In this document: in pieces, positions 9,001 through 16,669 of the stretch | Layout: every line of letters begins with the position of its first letter | How positions within the stretch are numbered: the stretch's first letter is position 1 | Notes under the pieces: generated by a model | Databases searched by the model: none | Told to the model about the DNA's origin: nothing | Seen by the model: only the letters and a program-made list of their open reading frames with translations | Program-made: the position numbers and the translations under genes | NCBI GenBank assembly: GCA_045643605.1 | Contig: JAZULC010000021.1 | Location: 6,465 to 70,464, forward strand | Length of the DNA stretch: 64,000 nt | Origin: Alphaproteobacteria bacterium | GTDB lineage: Bacteria; Pseudomonadota; Alphaproteobacteria; RF32; CAG-239 | Direction: 5' to 3'

Positions 9001-10276
9001 CTTGATTATTGATGATGATGGAAATTTAATAGGAATAGAAGAAATTAAAAAACCAGCTTCACAAGATATATTTGTTCCTGCAGGAACTTTTGGTGATGGT
9101 GGAGCTTATGGTATCGGAAACGGTGTAAATAATTTAGGTCCCGGTGGAGGTTATGGTCCTGGAGAACGTTATAGCCAAGCTCGTGCTTTAGGATTGCAAG
9201 AAGCACAGAATTTACGTCGTCAATCTATGAGTGTTGGTAAAATAAGCACAAATATCAATAAGAGTAGTTTTGATGGATACCAGAAAGATTGGGGAGATGT
9301 TGCTCCTAAAGAGCTGTCAACTTGGCGTGTTGATATGAGTAATATGATTTTTGCTGATAAGCCTATTCCTGCTGTTTTGGCGAGATCTATTGATAGTTCA
9401 CATCCATCTCCTGTGGTTGCTTATGTTGAGAGAAATATATATGCAGAAGAGGGTAGAAATATCATTATTCCTGCAGGAAGCCGTGTTATGGGAGAACTTG
9501 CCGGGGCAGGTGAAGATAGTGGTGAAGCAAATTCTTATGCTACTAAAGTGGATATTACTTGGTCTCGTTTAATCCGTCCTGACGGTTCAATGTTTAAGTT
9601 AGAGGGAAAAACTGCTGATGCACAAGGAAGAGGTGGTGCTCTTGGATATTTGGATAAACAACTAATAAACAAATATGCTGGTCCTGTAGCTACTTCGTTA
9701 GTTACAAGTGCAATAGATGTGTTATTGGCGACTAATGATAATAGTGATGGAGAAACAGAGACTTCAAAACAACAAGCTATGTCTGATGCACGTGATAATT
9801 TTAATGATGCAATGAAACGTGTTACTAATCAAATGTTTGAAGATGCAATGAGTATTAAACCGTTAACTTATGTTCCGGCTGGTACGAGAATAATTATTTA
9901 TCCTATGGTTGATTTATGGGTAAGAACAGCTGAAGATGATGCTGAAGGTGGATCAGAATCTTTGAAAAAACCAACGGTATTCATAGATGATGCCCAAAAA
10001 TCAAAAGAAAGAAAAGATGATCAGAAAAGAGTTAATAGCCAGGTGGTATATTCTGAAAATATGTCAGATAATGTAGAGCAACAAGGCGGAGGAATGAAAT
10101 TAATAAATGATAATTCTTCTCAAAACAATACTAATAAACCTGCAGCAGGAACAGTACCTCCTGTAACTGTAAGTCCGATAGGTACACCTCCACCTCCTCC
10201 GGCATCTTATAGTTCTGAAAAGACCGGAAAGTCAAATAACACGAACTCTTCAAGCAGTGTGCCGCAATTATTCTAA
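6023..10276 (+). CDS. virB10: type IV secretion system protein VirB10 (TrbI-type C-terminal domain) with a ~1000-aa N-terminal repeat extension and a Sec signal peptide
   Basis: 1417 aa. TTG start with GGAGGA 7 nt upstream. N-terminus MLLINKNKKIFSKVRFASLFLCILCFATNSFA|QE. The same DG/NG repeats run through about aa 36-1010, followed by a Gly-rich linker. The VirB10/TrbI core then follows (KPIPAVLARSIDSSHPSPVVAYVERNIYAEEGRNIIIPAGSRVMGE; ITWSRLIRPDGSMFKLEGKTADAQGRGGALGYLDKQL; LTYVPAGTRIIIYP). The protein ends in a Pro-rich C-terminal tail. Confidence 0.85.
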   Translation: MLLINKNKKIFSKVRFASLFLCILCFATNSFAQEITAIDFNGDILGKIIPDGKVISTENEILGNVNADSFVVDKDGALIGGVVPQGIAIGNDNTVLGRINADGSVRLPSGKVVGKALPTGLIVDETYNLIGEVLFPGLVYSDAGKAVGRLTGDGSYTNIDGKSVGFISSGGYAYKKDGDSYIIDGRLLSSKMVISSEGKFIGSVALGGKVTDFDSNVIGYIHANGYAYNEEDKIIGHIVKNGYAISDDGEYLGFVSYNGEVIKNNQVIGYLRFDDNIVDKEQNIIGFFVDIAASFTDFSGNYIGRIMPKGKVVKGKDEIGSVFAKGFVVDNDGNLIGKMVNPGPVFDYRGSLIAHAYKNGQVTSLTGSSVGKIIDNNVFSNVGKVIGATFKNAIIIDKNNKSLGMNGVSGNISYGDRYTITPFGYVYGSDGEISAESMNLGAIYDIYGAVLGYITPNATIVNKNYDKIAEILQFGYAKNDNNKIAGKNIVVDFGINKAGDFFGWLSESNLFLNKAKNVIAKVLPDMSIVASGKKIEKVLSPRDGSAYKKQMVINKEGNLIGYVNDKAEVQDLEYGIIGKITENGYALDETGALIGEIVDLGTVIDDKCNFVGVITPTGDVRNYKDSVIGRILQNGQVVSQGGSVVGHRVFNNILIDRNNEFFATPAVSGYAFDGKNKKIGCIDINGYYKNKDNEILAGVLEYAHVMGYTDKIIGRVTFDGNVVDEDGNVIGKVTLNGNVVSEDNKALGHIFKYRYAFDNNNEYLGRVLDNAKVVNNHNEDLGFVSYEGYVIDNGEKIGYASYDMYIYDNDSKAIGYIDKNGEVKDFSNNKLGDLDKGFVLNRNDKLIGRIKRDYWVVNNEKEVLGELAINGKLYSLDGKVIGTLTQDGKIKDSKDKIIATPYPLQYYMGKVKKKPVKEDKEIKVQTIDDDKTNEDDTEKPVVSEQNKADIEDFSSKIIGIALTPDGDYLGDIIENGDVVDKKGNLIGKRMPDGLIIDDDGNLIGIEEIKKPASQDIFVPAGTFGDGGAYGIGNGVNNLGPGGGYGPGERYSQARALGLQEAQNLRRQSMSVGKISTNINKSSFDGYQKDWGDVAPKELSTWRVDMSNMIFADKPIPAVLARSIDSSHPSPVVAYVERNIYAEEGRNIIIPAGSRVMGELAGAGEDSGEANSYATKVDITWSRLIRPDGSMFKLEGKTADAQGRGGALGYLDKQLINKYAGPVATSLVTSAIDVLLATNDNSDGETETSKQQAMSDARDNFNDAMKRVTNQMFEDAMSIKPLTYVPAGTRIIIYPMVDLWVRTAEDDAEGGSESLKKPTVFIDDAQKSKERKDDQKRVNSQVVYSENMSDNVEQQGGGMKLINDNSSQNNTNKPAAGTVPPVTVSPIGTPPPPPASYSSEKTGKSNNTNSSSSVPQLF
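6128..9050 (+). repeat. coding tandem repeat array, same family as 3240-6000 but more degenerate
   Basis: The translation shows dozens of units, e.g. DFNGDILGKIIPDGKVISTENEILGNV, TFDGNVVDEDGNVIGKVTLNGNVVSEDNKALGHI and MPDGLIIDDDGNLIG. The array is interrupted by a Lys/Glu/Asp-rich spacer at about 8740-8880. Confidence 0.85.
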
Positions 10277-10291
10277 GTAAAGGAAAAAGAT

Positions 10292-11260
10292 ATGAGCTAT
10301 GCCGTATTGGAATCAGTTTTAAGACCTTTAGCATATTGGTATAAACAAGATAATATAGAAGAGGTGGTCATAAATCATGCCGGGCAGATTTGGTTGCGTT
10401 TGCGTGGAAAAAGGGCTTATCCGTGGGTAGCATATAATGATGAAAAACTATCAAAAGAATATCTTTTTGATTTGTTATATATTATTGCTAATACCTATGA
10501 AATACCTTTTGATCCGGTTAGTGGTTCGCCATTAGTGTTTGCGACGATTCCAGGTGAGCATCGTTTTTCTGCAATAGCGGGAAGAAACGTTATGTATGAT
10601 GCTGAAGATGCAACAGGCGGTGTTGCTATAGCAATTCGTTTGCATAGTGAAGATGTTTCTTTTGGTTTGGAAGATTATGGTTTATCACAAGGAAAACCAT
10701 TACATAAGATTAATCCGTTGCAACAGATTGCTGATCCGGAAGATCCGTATGAGCGATTGATTTTAAGTTTGCGCAGAGGTGACCATATTTTGATTTCCGG
10801 AGCTACATCAACAGGTAAAACAACTTTTTTGAATAACCTGTTAAAAATAATTAATATAAATAAAAGAGTTTTAACAATAGAAGATACCAGAGAGTTGTTA
10901 GTTCCGCACCCAAACAGAGTACATCTTGTTCTTTCACGTACGGAGCAGACCAATGAAATGGATTATAAAAAAGTTATAGACCTGGTTGTACGTTTTACTC
11001 CTGATGCCATAATAGGAGGAGAAATTTCAACAAGTAATGCCGGTGCGATTTGGGAACTTATGGGATCAGGACATGATAACTGTATGGCGACAATTCACGC
11101 AGAAAACTCTGAAGCAGCATATCAGGCATTTGCAGATCGTATTTTGCACACATATCCTGCATATAATAGAGAAAAAACTATTGCTGAAATGCGTAAAAAA
11201 CTAAGAGTTGTACAAATTAATCGTGATGGTAACTTACGTGCAATTACTGAAGTCACTTAA
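10292..11260 (+). CDS. virB11: type IV secretion ATPase VirB11
   Basis: 322 aa. Walker A ISGATSTGKTTFLN. His-box-like GSGHDNCMATIHAE. The size and position immediately after virB10 are typical. Confidence 0.9.
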   Translation: MSYAVLESVLRPLAYWYKQDNIEEVVINHAGQIWLRLRGKRAYPWVAYNDEKLSKEYLFDLLYIIANTYEIPFDPVSGSPLVFATIPGEHRFSAIAGRNVMYDAEDATGGVAIAIRLHSEDVSFGLEDYGLSQGKPLHKINPLQQIADPEDPYERLILSLRRGDHILISGATSTGKTTFLNNLLKIININKRVLTIEDTRELLVPHPNRVHLVLSRTEQTNEMDYKKVIDLVVRFTPDAIIGGEISTSNAGAIWELMGSGHDNCMATIHAENSEAAYQAFADRILHTYPAYNREKTIAEMRKKLRVVQINRDGNLRAITEVT

Positions 11261-11280
11261 GCTCTGCTTTGTTTCTAACC

Positions 11281-11308
11281 TTGACAATAGAGAAATATTT
11301 GATATAAA
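11281..11308 (+). promoter_or_regulatory. candidate sigma70-type promoter for the 11358 ORF
   Basis: TTGACA (11281-11286), a 16-nt spacer, then TATAAA (11303-11308). An 8-bp hairpin follows (AAATACGG 11306-11313 / CCGTATTT 11332-11339). Chance matches are likely in AT-rich DNA. Confidence 0.3.
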
Positions 11309-11357
11309 TACGGGTAATTTTATATAATTATCCGTATTTATTAATATTATAATTTTT

Positions 11358-11834
11358 ATGAAAAACTCAAAATTATTACCTGCCATTGGTTTATATGCAG
11401 ACTGGTGGTATAATCAAATGAAACCCGACAAAATACATAGTTTTGTTGCTGTTCGCAGAGAAGATTTAGTCAGAAAACTAAAACATCCGCAAGGTGCCTT
11501 GTCTTTGAGACAACAGTATATGCTCTCTGTTTTAGATGGAACGGATGAAGCTTTTGAACGCCGTATAGTAGTGACAACCGGAAAAAGTTTCCACTATTGG
11601 ACGGGAAAAAGATGTAAGTTTGGAGAGTATGAACTTATACCTAATAAAACGATTGTGTGTGTTTCAGATTTCTTTTCTCTGATTTCCCCGTTTTTCATTG
11701 ATGAAGAAACTTTTGCTAAAGAATGGGTAATTGTTTACTTCAATAGTACGAACTGGAAAAAAGAGCCTGTTTGGTCTCCTTATCATCGTTTTTTGGAAGA
11801 TACAAAACGATATTTGGAAGCAAAAATTTCGTGA
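11358..11834 (+). CDS. hypothetical protein (Trp-rich, no recognisable family)
   Basis: 158-aa ORF between virB11 and a strong terminator. No signal peptide or TM helix is seen. Confidence 0.4.
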   Translation: MKNSKLLPAIGLYADWWYNQMKPDKIHSFVAVRREDLVRKLKHPQGALSLRQQYMLSVLDGTDEAFERRIVVTTGKSFHYWTGKRCKFGEYELIPNKTIVCVSDFFSLISPFFIDEETFAKEWVIVYFNSTNWKKEPVWSPYHRFLEDTKRYLEAKIS

Positions 11835-11840
11835 CTTTTT

Positions 11841-11875
11841 AAATGGACCTGTTTTTTATTACAGGTCCATTTTTC
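11841..11875. terminator. bidirectional rho-independent terminator
   Basis: 12-bp stem AAATGGACCTGT / ACAGGTCCATTT around a T-rich loop. It is flanked by A-rich and T-rich runs and lies between the convergent 11358 ORF and tolB. Confidence 0.7.
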
Positions 11876-11903
11876 TATATATAGTAAATATTTTTAATTT
11901 TTA

Positions 11904-13226
11904 TTATGGCAATAATGGAGACCATGCAGGATCTGATGCGTCTGCAGGAGTTACAATTTGCCTTTCATTATATCCGGTTAAGTCTATACTGTACAATTTA
12001 ACCGGTGCAGAACCTCTGTAACCTTTATCTTGTCTAAAGAATAGTAATACTCTGCCGTTTGGTGACCAAGTAGGACCTTCTACTAAATATCCACTGGCTA
12101 AAATTCTTTCACCACTTCCGTCAGGGTACATTACACCAATATAAAATTGTTTGTTTGCCATTTTTGTAAAGGCAATATAATCTCCACGTGGTGACCAAAC
12201 AGGTGTAGCATAACGTCCTTTACCGAAGCTTATGCGTTGAACATCAGAACCATCAGCATTCATAACATATAATTGCTGATCTCCGCCACGATCAGAATTA
12301 AATACTATTTTTTGACCATCAGGAGAGTAGCTTGGGGACGTATCAATTGCAGGATGACGTGTTAACGGTTTAGTGCTACGACGGCGTAAATCCATTTCGT
12401 AGATTTCTGTATTACCGTTAGCGGCATAACTTAATAAAAGTTTTTCTGAATCAGGAGAAAATACAGGAGCAAAGGTCATACCAGGAAAATGTCCGATAAG
12501 TTCTTGTTTGCCTGTTTCTACATTCATAATATAAACTTTTGGCATTCCATCTATATATGACAGATAAGTAATTTTTTGCATGTTTGGAGAAAATCTCGGT
12601 GTTAATGTTAAATATCTACCGTTACTCAAAAAACGATGATTTTCACCATCTTGATCCATCATGGCTAAACGTTTTACTCTTTTTGTTTTTGGTCCGCTTT
12701 CTGAAATATAAACAATACGTGTATCAAAATATCCTTTTTCTCCTGTTAAGCGCTCGTAGATTATATCAGCTATTTTATGAGCTATTCTACGCCAGTTATC
12801 TTTATTACCGGATAAAGATTGACCAATTAGTTGTTGTTGCAAAGATATATCCCATAAACGAAAATTGATTTTTAAGTTGTTATTGTTATCTTCTTCAATT
12901 TCACTTTGTACGAGAGCTTGAGCTTTAATAGCCTGCCAATCAGCAAAATTAGGTGCATCATTTACACTATTGAACTTTTGAATGTAAGAATTATCAGGCA
13001 AAACTCTAAATAATCCGGAACGTTCTAAATCTGCTAATATGACATTACGAATCTTTGTAGTATAACGCCCTATAAAAAATCCGCTATGGTTGATTTCAGG
13101 CATCGCCAAAGGGATAGGATCTTGAATACCACCGGCAACACTAATCTCTAATTCTGCGCATGCAGATGATATAGTGAAAATTGCACACAAAAACACAGAT
13201 ATAAATCTTATAAACATTTTGATCAC
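11904..13226 (-). CDS. tolB: Tol-Pal system beta-propeller protein TolB
   Basis: 440 aa with a signal peptide. Repeated propeller blades carry PxFSPDG/PxWSP motifs ([61 protein letters not shown]). Confidence 0.9.
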   Translation of the reverse strand: MIKMFIRFISVFLCAIFTISSACAELEISVAGGIQDPIPLAMPEINHSGFFIGRYTTKIRNVILADLERSGLFRVLPDNSYIQKFNSVNDAPNFADWQAIKAQALVQSEIEEDNNNNLKINFRLWDISLQQQLIGQSLSGNKDNWRRIAHKIADIIYERLTGEKGYFDTRIVYISESGPKTKRVKRLAMMDQDGENHRFLSNGRYLTLTPRFSPNMQKITYLSYIDGMPKVYIMNVETGKQELIGHFPGMTFAPVFSPDSEKLLLSYAANGNTEIYEMDLRRRSTKPLTRHPAIDTSPSYSPDGQKIVFNSDRGGDQQLYVMNADGSDVQRISFGKGRYATPVWSPRGDYIAFTKMANKQFYIGVMYPDGSGERILASGYLVEGPTWSPNGRVLLFFRQDKGYRGSAPVKLYSIDLTGYNERQIVTPADASDPAWSPLLP

Positions 13227-13301
13227 CTATAAAAATTATGATTTACTTATACTAAATCATAATATAATATTCTTAAAAATCAATTAGCAAAAAGAATAAA
13301 A

Positions 13302-13769
13302 ATGGAATACAAAAACATAAAAGAATTTAAAAAAATACTTCCTGTTAATAAGGCTGTTTTAGGTTTTGATTTTGGAGAAAAAAGGTTAGGCGTTGCAGTG
13401 TCTGATTTATCAAAAATTGTGGCTTCTTCGCATAAAATTATATATCGTAATTCGTTTGATAAGGATTTGTCTGAAATTCAAAATATTATAAAAGAAAAAG
13501 AAATCGGAGCTATAGTTTATGGATTGCCGTTGCAAATGAATGGAGAAGAGGGCTATACAGCAAAGTTGGTTAGAGAATTTGCCGATAAAATTGCTACACA
13601 AGTCGATTTGCCGTATTTTTTTTGGGATGAAAGACTTTCTTCATCTGCAGTTGAGGGTTTTTTAATTAAAGAATTTGATTTATCTCGGCAAAAACGTAAA
13701 AAAATTTTAGATGCTTCGGCTGCTTCTTATATTTTACAAGGTTTTTTAGATGCTTTAGCATACGCATAA
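13302..13769 (+). CDS. ruvX: YqgF/RuvX family putative pre-16S rRNA nuclease / Holliday junction resolvase-like protein
   Basis: 155 aa. The family motif LGFDFGEKRLGVAVSD is present, along with GLPLQMNGEEG and WDERLSS. Confidence 0.85.
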   Translation: MEYKNIKEFKKILPVNKAVLGFDFGEKRLGVAVSDLSKIVASSHKIIYRNSFDKDLSEIQNIIKEKEIGAIVYGLPLQMNGEEGYTAKLVREFADKIATQVDLPYFFWDERLSSSAVEGFLIKEFDLSRQKRKKILDASAASYILQGFLDALAYA

Positions 13770-14455
13770 GCAACAGCTTGCAGACGTTTTAATAAACGTT
13801 TATCAACGGTAATATTTTGTTCAATAGGATTATTCAGAAGCTCAAAAATGTTGCTGTATTTTTTTATTTTACTTGGGTAGAAATGTCTGCAAAAAGCTGA
13901 TAATGCTGCAGTCATATTTGTTGTGTCATAGCCGATAAAAGACAATAGTTTTTGAGGATTATCCGATAAAATATTTTTTGCTTCGTTAAGATTATACCAT
14001 ATACCTAATTTATGTTTTGCTAATTTTTTCCAAGGGAAAGCTTTGCCCGGATCTGGTTTTCTATCAGGAGCAATGTCCGAGTGTCCTAAAATATTTGACG
14101 AAGGTATATGATATTTTTTTTGTAGTTTTTTTAATAAGTTAATCAAAGAAACAATTTGTTTTTCAGGATATTTGTTTTGCCCTAAAGAATGAGAAGAAAG
14201 TTCAATTCCGATGGAAAATTTGTTTAAGGAAACTTTGCCATCCCAAAAACTTTTTCCGGCATGCCAAGCACAATTTTTATCATCAACTAATGAAATTATT
14301 TTGCCATTTGGGGAGATTATATAATGAGCGCTGACATCGGCTTCTTTAAAACTATCAATTGCCTTATTTACAGAATAAGCACAACAGTGTATAATTATGA
14401 ATTGAATACTACTATTATCTCTATCTGAAAAAGGCAATTGATAATTTTTAAACAT
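13727..14455 (-). CDS. ampD: N-acetylmuramoyl-L-alanine amidase, AmpD-like (amidase_2)
   Basis: 242 aa. Motifs: IIIHCCAYS, AHYIISPNGKI, AWHAGKSFWDG, SIGIELS, GHSDIAPDRKPDPG. Its 3' end overlaps ruvX convergently by 43 nt. Confidence 0.8.
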   Translation of the reverse strand: MFKNYQLPFSDRDNSSIQFIIIHCCAYSVNKAIDSFKEADVSAHYIISPNGKIISLVDDKNCAWHAGKSFWDGKVSLNKFSIGIELSSHSLGQNKYPEKQIVSLINLLKKLQKKYHIPSSNILGHSDIAPDRKPDPGKAFPWKKLAKHKLGIWYNLNEAKNILSDNPQKLLSFIGYDTTNMTAALSAFCRHFYPSKIKKYSNIFELLNNPIEQNITVDKRLLKRLQAVAYAYAKASKKPCKI

Positions 14456-14490
14456 TAGAGCAAGCCTAACTCGTCAATTAATAAAGAGAA

Positions 14491-14772
14491 TTATTTTTCT
14501 GAAGCCTCAGTATTATCTTCTTCATCTTCATCATCTTCGTCGTCAAAATCATCTTTTTTAGCTTGTTTCTTTTTTTCTTCAGCTTCTTTTTTCTTTTCTT
14601 CTACTTTTTTACTGATTTTTTCTTGTAACTCTTGCTGTCCTTTTTTTACAGCCTCAGTACTTGTTTTTAATTTTTCTTTTAATTGTTGAGTTAATTCAGG
14701 TAAATTATTTGCAGAAAAAACAAGAATAACAGCAATAATAACTAATACCCAGCTCCAAAAACCAAATAACAT
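14491..14772 (-). CDS. TatA/TatB-like Sec-independent translocase component with an acidic tail
   Basis: 93 aa. An N-terminal TM helix is followed by an amphipathic segment (FWSWVLVIIAVILVFSANNLPELTQQLKEKLK), resembling the TatA pattern FG..KLPEL. The C-terminus is a Lys/Glu then Asp/Glu tail. Confidence 0.5.
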   Translation of the reverse strand: MLFGFWSWVLVIIAVILVFSANNLPELTQQLKEKLKTSTEAVKKGQQELQEKISKKVEEKKKEAEEKKKQAKKDDFDDEDDEDEEDNTEASEK

Positions 14773-14837
14773 ATTTTGTCTCCTTTAAATACTACTTACA
14801 GTTTATATATAATCTTAAAAAATAAAATTTATCAAGA

Positions 14838-15731
14838 TTATTTTTTTGTTATTATACAAGAACCTTTTTCAGCCTTGAATTTTGCGCATATTGCATCAGC
14901 AGCATTTTTATCTGCAAATGCTCCTACTTTAAGGCGATAATATGTTCCTTTATCTGCAACTTCTGCTGTTTGAATTTCATAAGGAAGTCCTTTGAAATAG
15001 CTGTATTTTTCTTGCATATTTTTCCAAGTTTTTTCGGCTGCTTCTTTATCTTTTGTAGATAATATTTGAATTTGCCAATCATTAGTTTTAGCTTCAGCAA
15101 TATTAGCAGGAACAACTTCAGGTTGAGCTTTTACAGTATCATTTTTAGATTCTGTAGCAGTACTGACAGGTTCTTTTTCCTGATTATCAGTATTGATTTC
15201 TTGTGTTTTTTCGGCAGAGATAGCTTTTTCTTCTGCTTCTTCTATGGTATTTTTCAATGCTTCGTCATCAAGAACTTGTGTTTCGGCTATTTCTATAATC
15301 CCTTCAATATCTACAGGCTTTTCTTCTGTTATATTGCTTTCCGGCATTTTAGGACTTTCAGGCGCAGGCAAGATATTTTCAACATTTTCAGATGTATCTT
15401 GGTTATTGTCTAAAATTTCATATATTGTTTTATCTTGGTTTTCTACTTCCATACCGCCACGGTCTTTTGGTGAGGTTTTAACAGGATCAGTTGAATTTTT
15501 AATTACTGGAACATTATGCGGATAATTTTTATTGTAATGTGGTGCCAGAATAAAGCCACCAACAATGCCTGCCAAAAATAAACCTAACAGTGTACCGACA
15601 AAAACACTGCGGGATTTTCTCATTTCATTTCTTCTTTCTTCAATATTAGAAGCTGCTTGATCAGCCATTTTTTGGCGAAATTCATTTAAAAATTCTTCGC
15701 TACGACTATCTTCTGAAAATTCTTTGAACAT
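14838..15731 (-). CDS. SPOR domain-containing membrane protein
   Basis: 297 aa with a TM helix (VFVGTLLGLFLAGIVGGFILA) and an acidic low-complexity linker. The C-terminal SPOR domain reads DWQIQILSTKDKEAAEKTWKNMQEKYSYFKGLPYEIQTAEVADKGTYYRLKVGAFADKNAADAICAKFKAEKGSCIITK. Confidence 0.75.
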   Translation of the reverse strand: MFKEFSEDSRSEEFLNEFRQKMADQAASNIEERRNEMRKSRSVFVGTLLGLFLAGIVGGFILAPHYNKNYPHNVPVIKNSTDPVKTSPKDRGGMEVENQDKTIYEILDNNQDTSENVENILPAPESPKMPESNITEEKPVDIEGIIEIAETQVLDDEALKNTIEEAEEKAISAEKTQEINTDNQEKEPVSTATESKNDTVKAQPEVVPANIAEAKTNDWQIQILSTKDKEAAEKTWKNMQEKYSYFKGLPYEIQTAEVADKGTYYRLKVGAFADKNAADAICAKFKAEKGSCIITKK

Positions 15732-15858
15732 ATTAACCTCTTAAAAAAATTATGTACTGGAGAGTTTTTATCACATAAAACTTTATAATCCTTTAATAAA
15801 GAAAAATTATTTGAATTTTCTTTTTTTATTGTATATGTTGTCAAATATAGGAGAAAAA

Positions 15859-16659
15859 ATGAAAATAGCGACATTTAATATAAATTCTGTTAATGCTCAT
15901 ATGGAATGTTTAACCGAATTTTTAAAACAACAAAATCCTGATGTTGTTTTTTTGCAAGAAATTAAGACAGAGTTTGATAATTTTCCGTTTTTTGACTTAA
16001 AAATGATGGGGTATGAAGCAAAAGTATTGGGGCAAAAATCTTATAACGGAGTCGCAATATTAAGCAAACATAAAATGACGGTAAATACAGAAAATTTACC
16101 TGAATTTGATGATGATAATGCCAGATATATAGAAGCGAATGTTGTTATTGAAAATCGTAGCTATTGCTTGGCTTCGGTCTATTTGCCGAATGGAAATCCT
16201 CCTTACAATGATCCGAATGATGAAAAAAAATTTATTTATAAATTAAATTTTATGGATTCTCTTTATACACACTGTAAAAAATTGTTAATGGAACATGATA
16301 ATCTGATTATCGGTGGAGACATGAATGTAATTTTTACAGATTTTGATGTTTATAATCCGGAATTGTTTCGTAACAATGCTTTGTTTCGTGAAGAAGTTAA
16401 ACAACGTTTTGCAGCATTAAAGCATTTAGGATTATATGATGCATTCAGGTGCAAAAACATAACCGATAACGGGTACACTTATTGGGATTATGGTGGCGGG
16501 GCATTTGAAAATGATTTAGGTATGCGTATAGATTATTTTCTGCTTTCTCCCTTAATGATGGATAAAATAAAAAATTGTACTGTTATTAAAAATATAAGAG
16601 CAATGCCAAAAACTTCTGACCATGCACCATTGCTTGCAGAATTTGAGGATTCTTTATAG
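15859..16659 (+). CDS. xthA: exodeoxyribonuclease III
   Basis: The start is refined to the ATG after GGAGAAAAA, giving MKIATFNINSVNAH. Further motifs: VVFLQEIK and a C-terminal SDHAPL. The track ORF begins 48 nt upstream. Confidence 0.9.
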   Translation: MKIATFNINSVNAHMECLTEFLKQQNPDVVFLQEIKTEFDNFPFFDLKMMGYEAKVLGQKSYNGVAILSKHKMTVNTENLPEFDDDNARYIEANVVIENRSYCLASVYLPNGNPPYNDPNDEKKFIYKLNFMDSLYTHCKKLLMEHDNLIIGGDMNVIFTDFDVYNPELFRNNALFREEVKQRFAALKHLGLYDAFRCKNITDNGYTYWDYGGGAFENDLGMRIDYFLLSPLMMDKIKNCTVIKNIRAMPKTSDHAPLLAEFEDSL

Positions 16660-16669
16660 AAGGAATGTT

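Noticed and set aside
3240-9050. CRISPR array or non-coding satellite, as an explanation for the periodic DNA.
   Set aside because: The periodicity is a multiple of 3 and lies within uninterrupted ORFs. The repeats are conserved at the amino-acid level more than at the DNA level. There is no repeat/unique-spacer architecture.
11731-12021. 96-aa plus-strand ORF spanning the end of the 11358 gene, the terminator and the 3' end of tolB.
   Set aside because: It overlaps two better-supported genes and a terminator hairpin, and its composition is typical of an out-of-frame AT-rich read-through.
15066-15525. Plus-strand ORFs (115 and 110 aa) opposite the SPOR-domain gene.
   Set aside because: They are antisense to a gene with a recognisable SPOR domain and TM helix. 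Their Phe/Ser/Ile-rich low-complexity translations mirror the acidic linker on the other strand.
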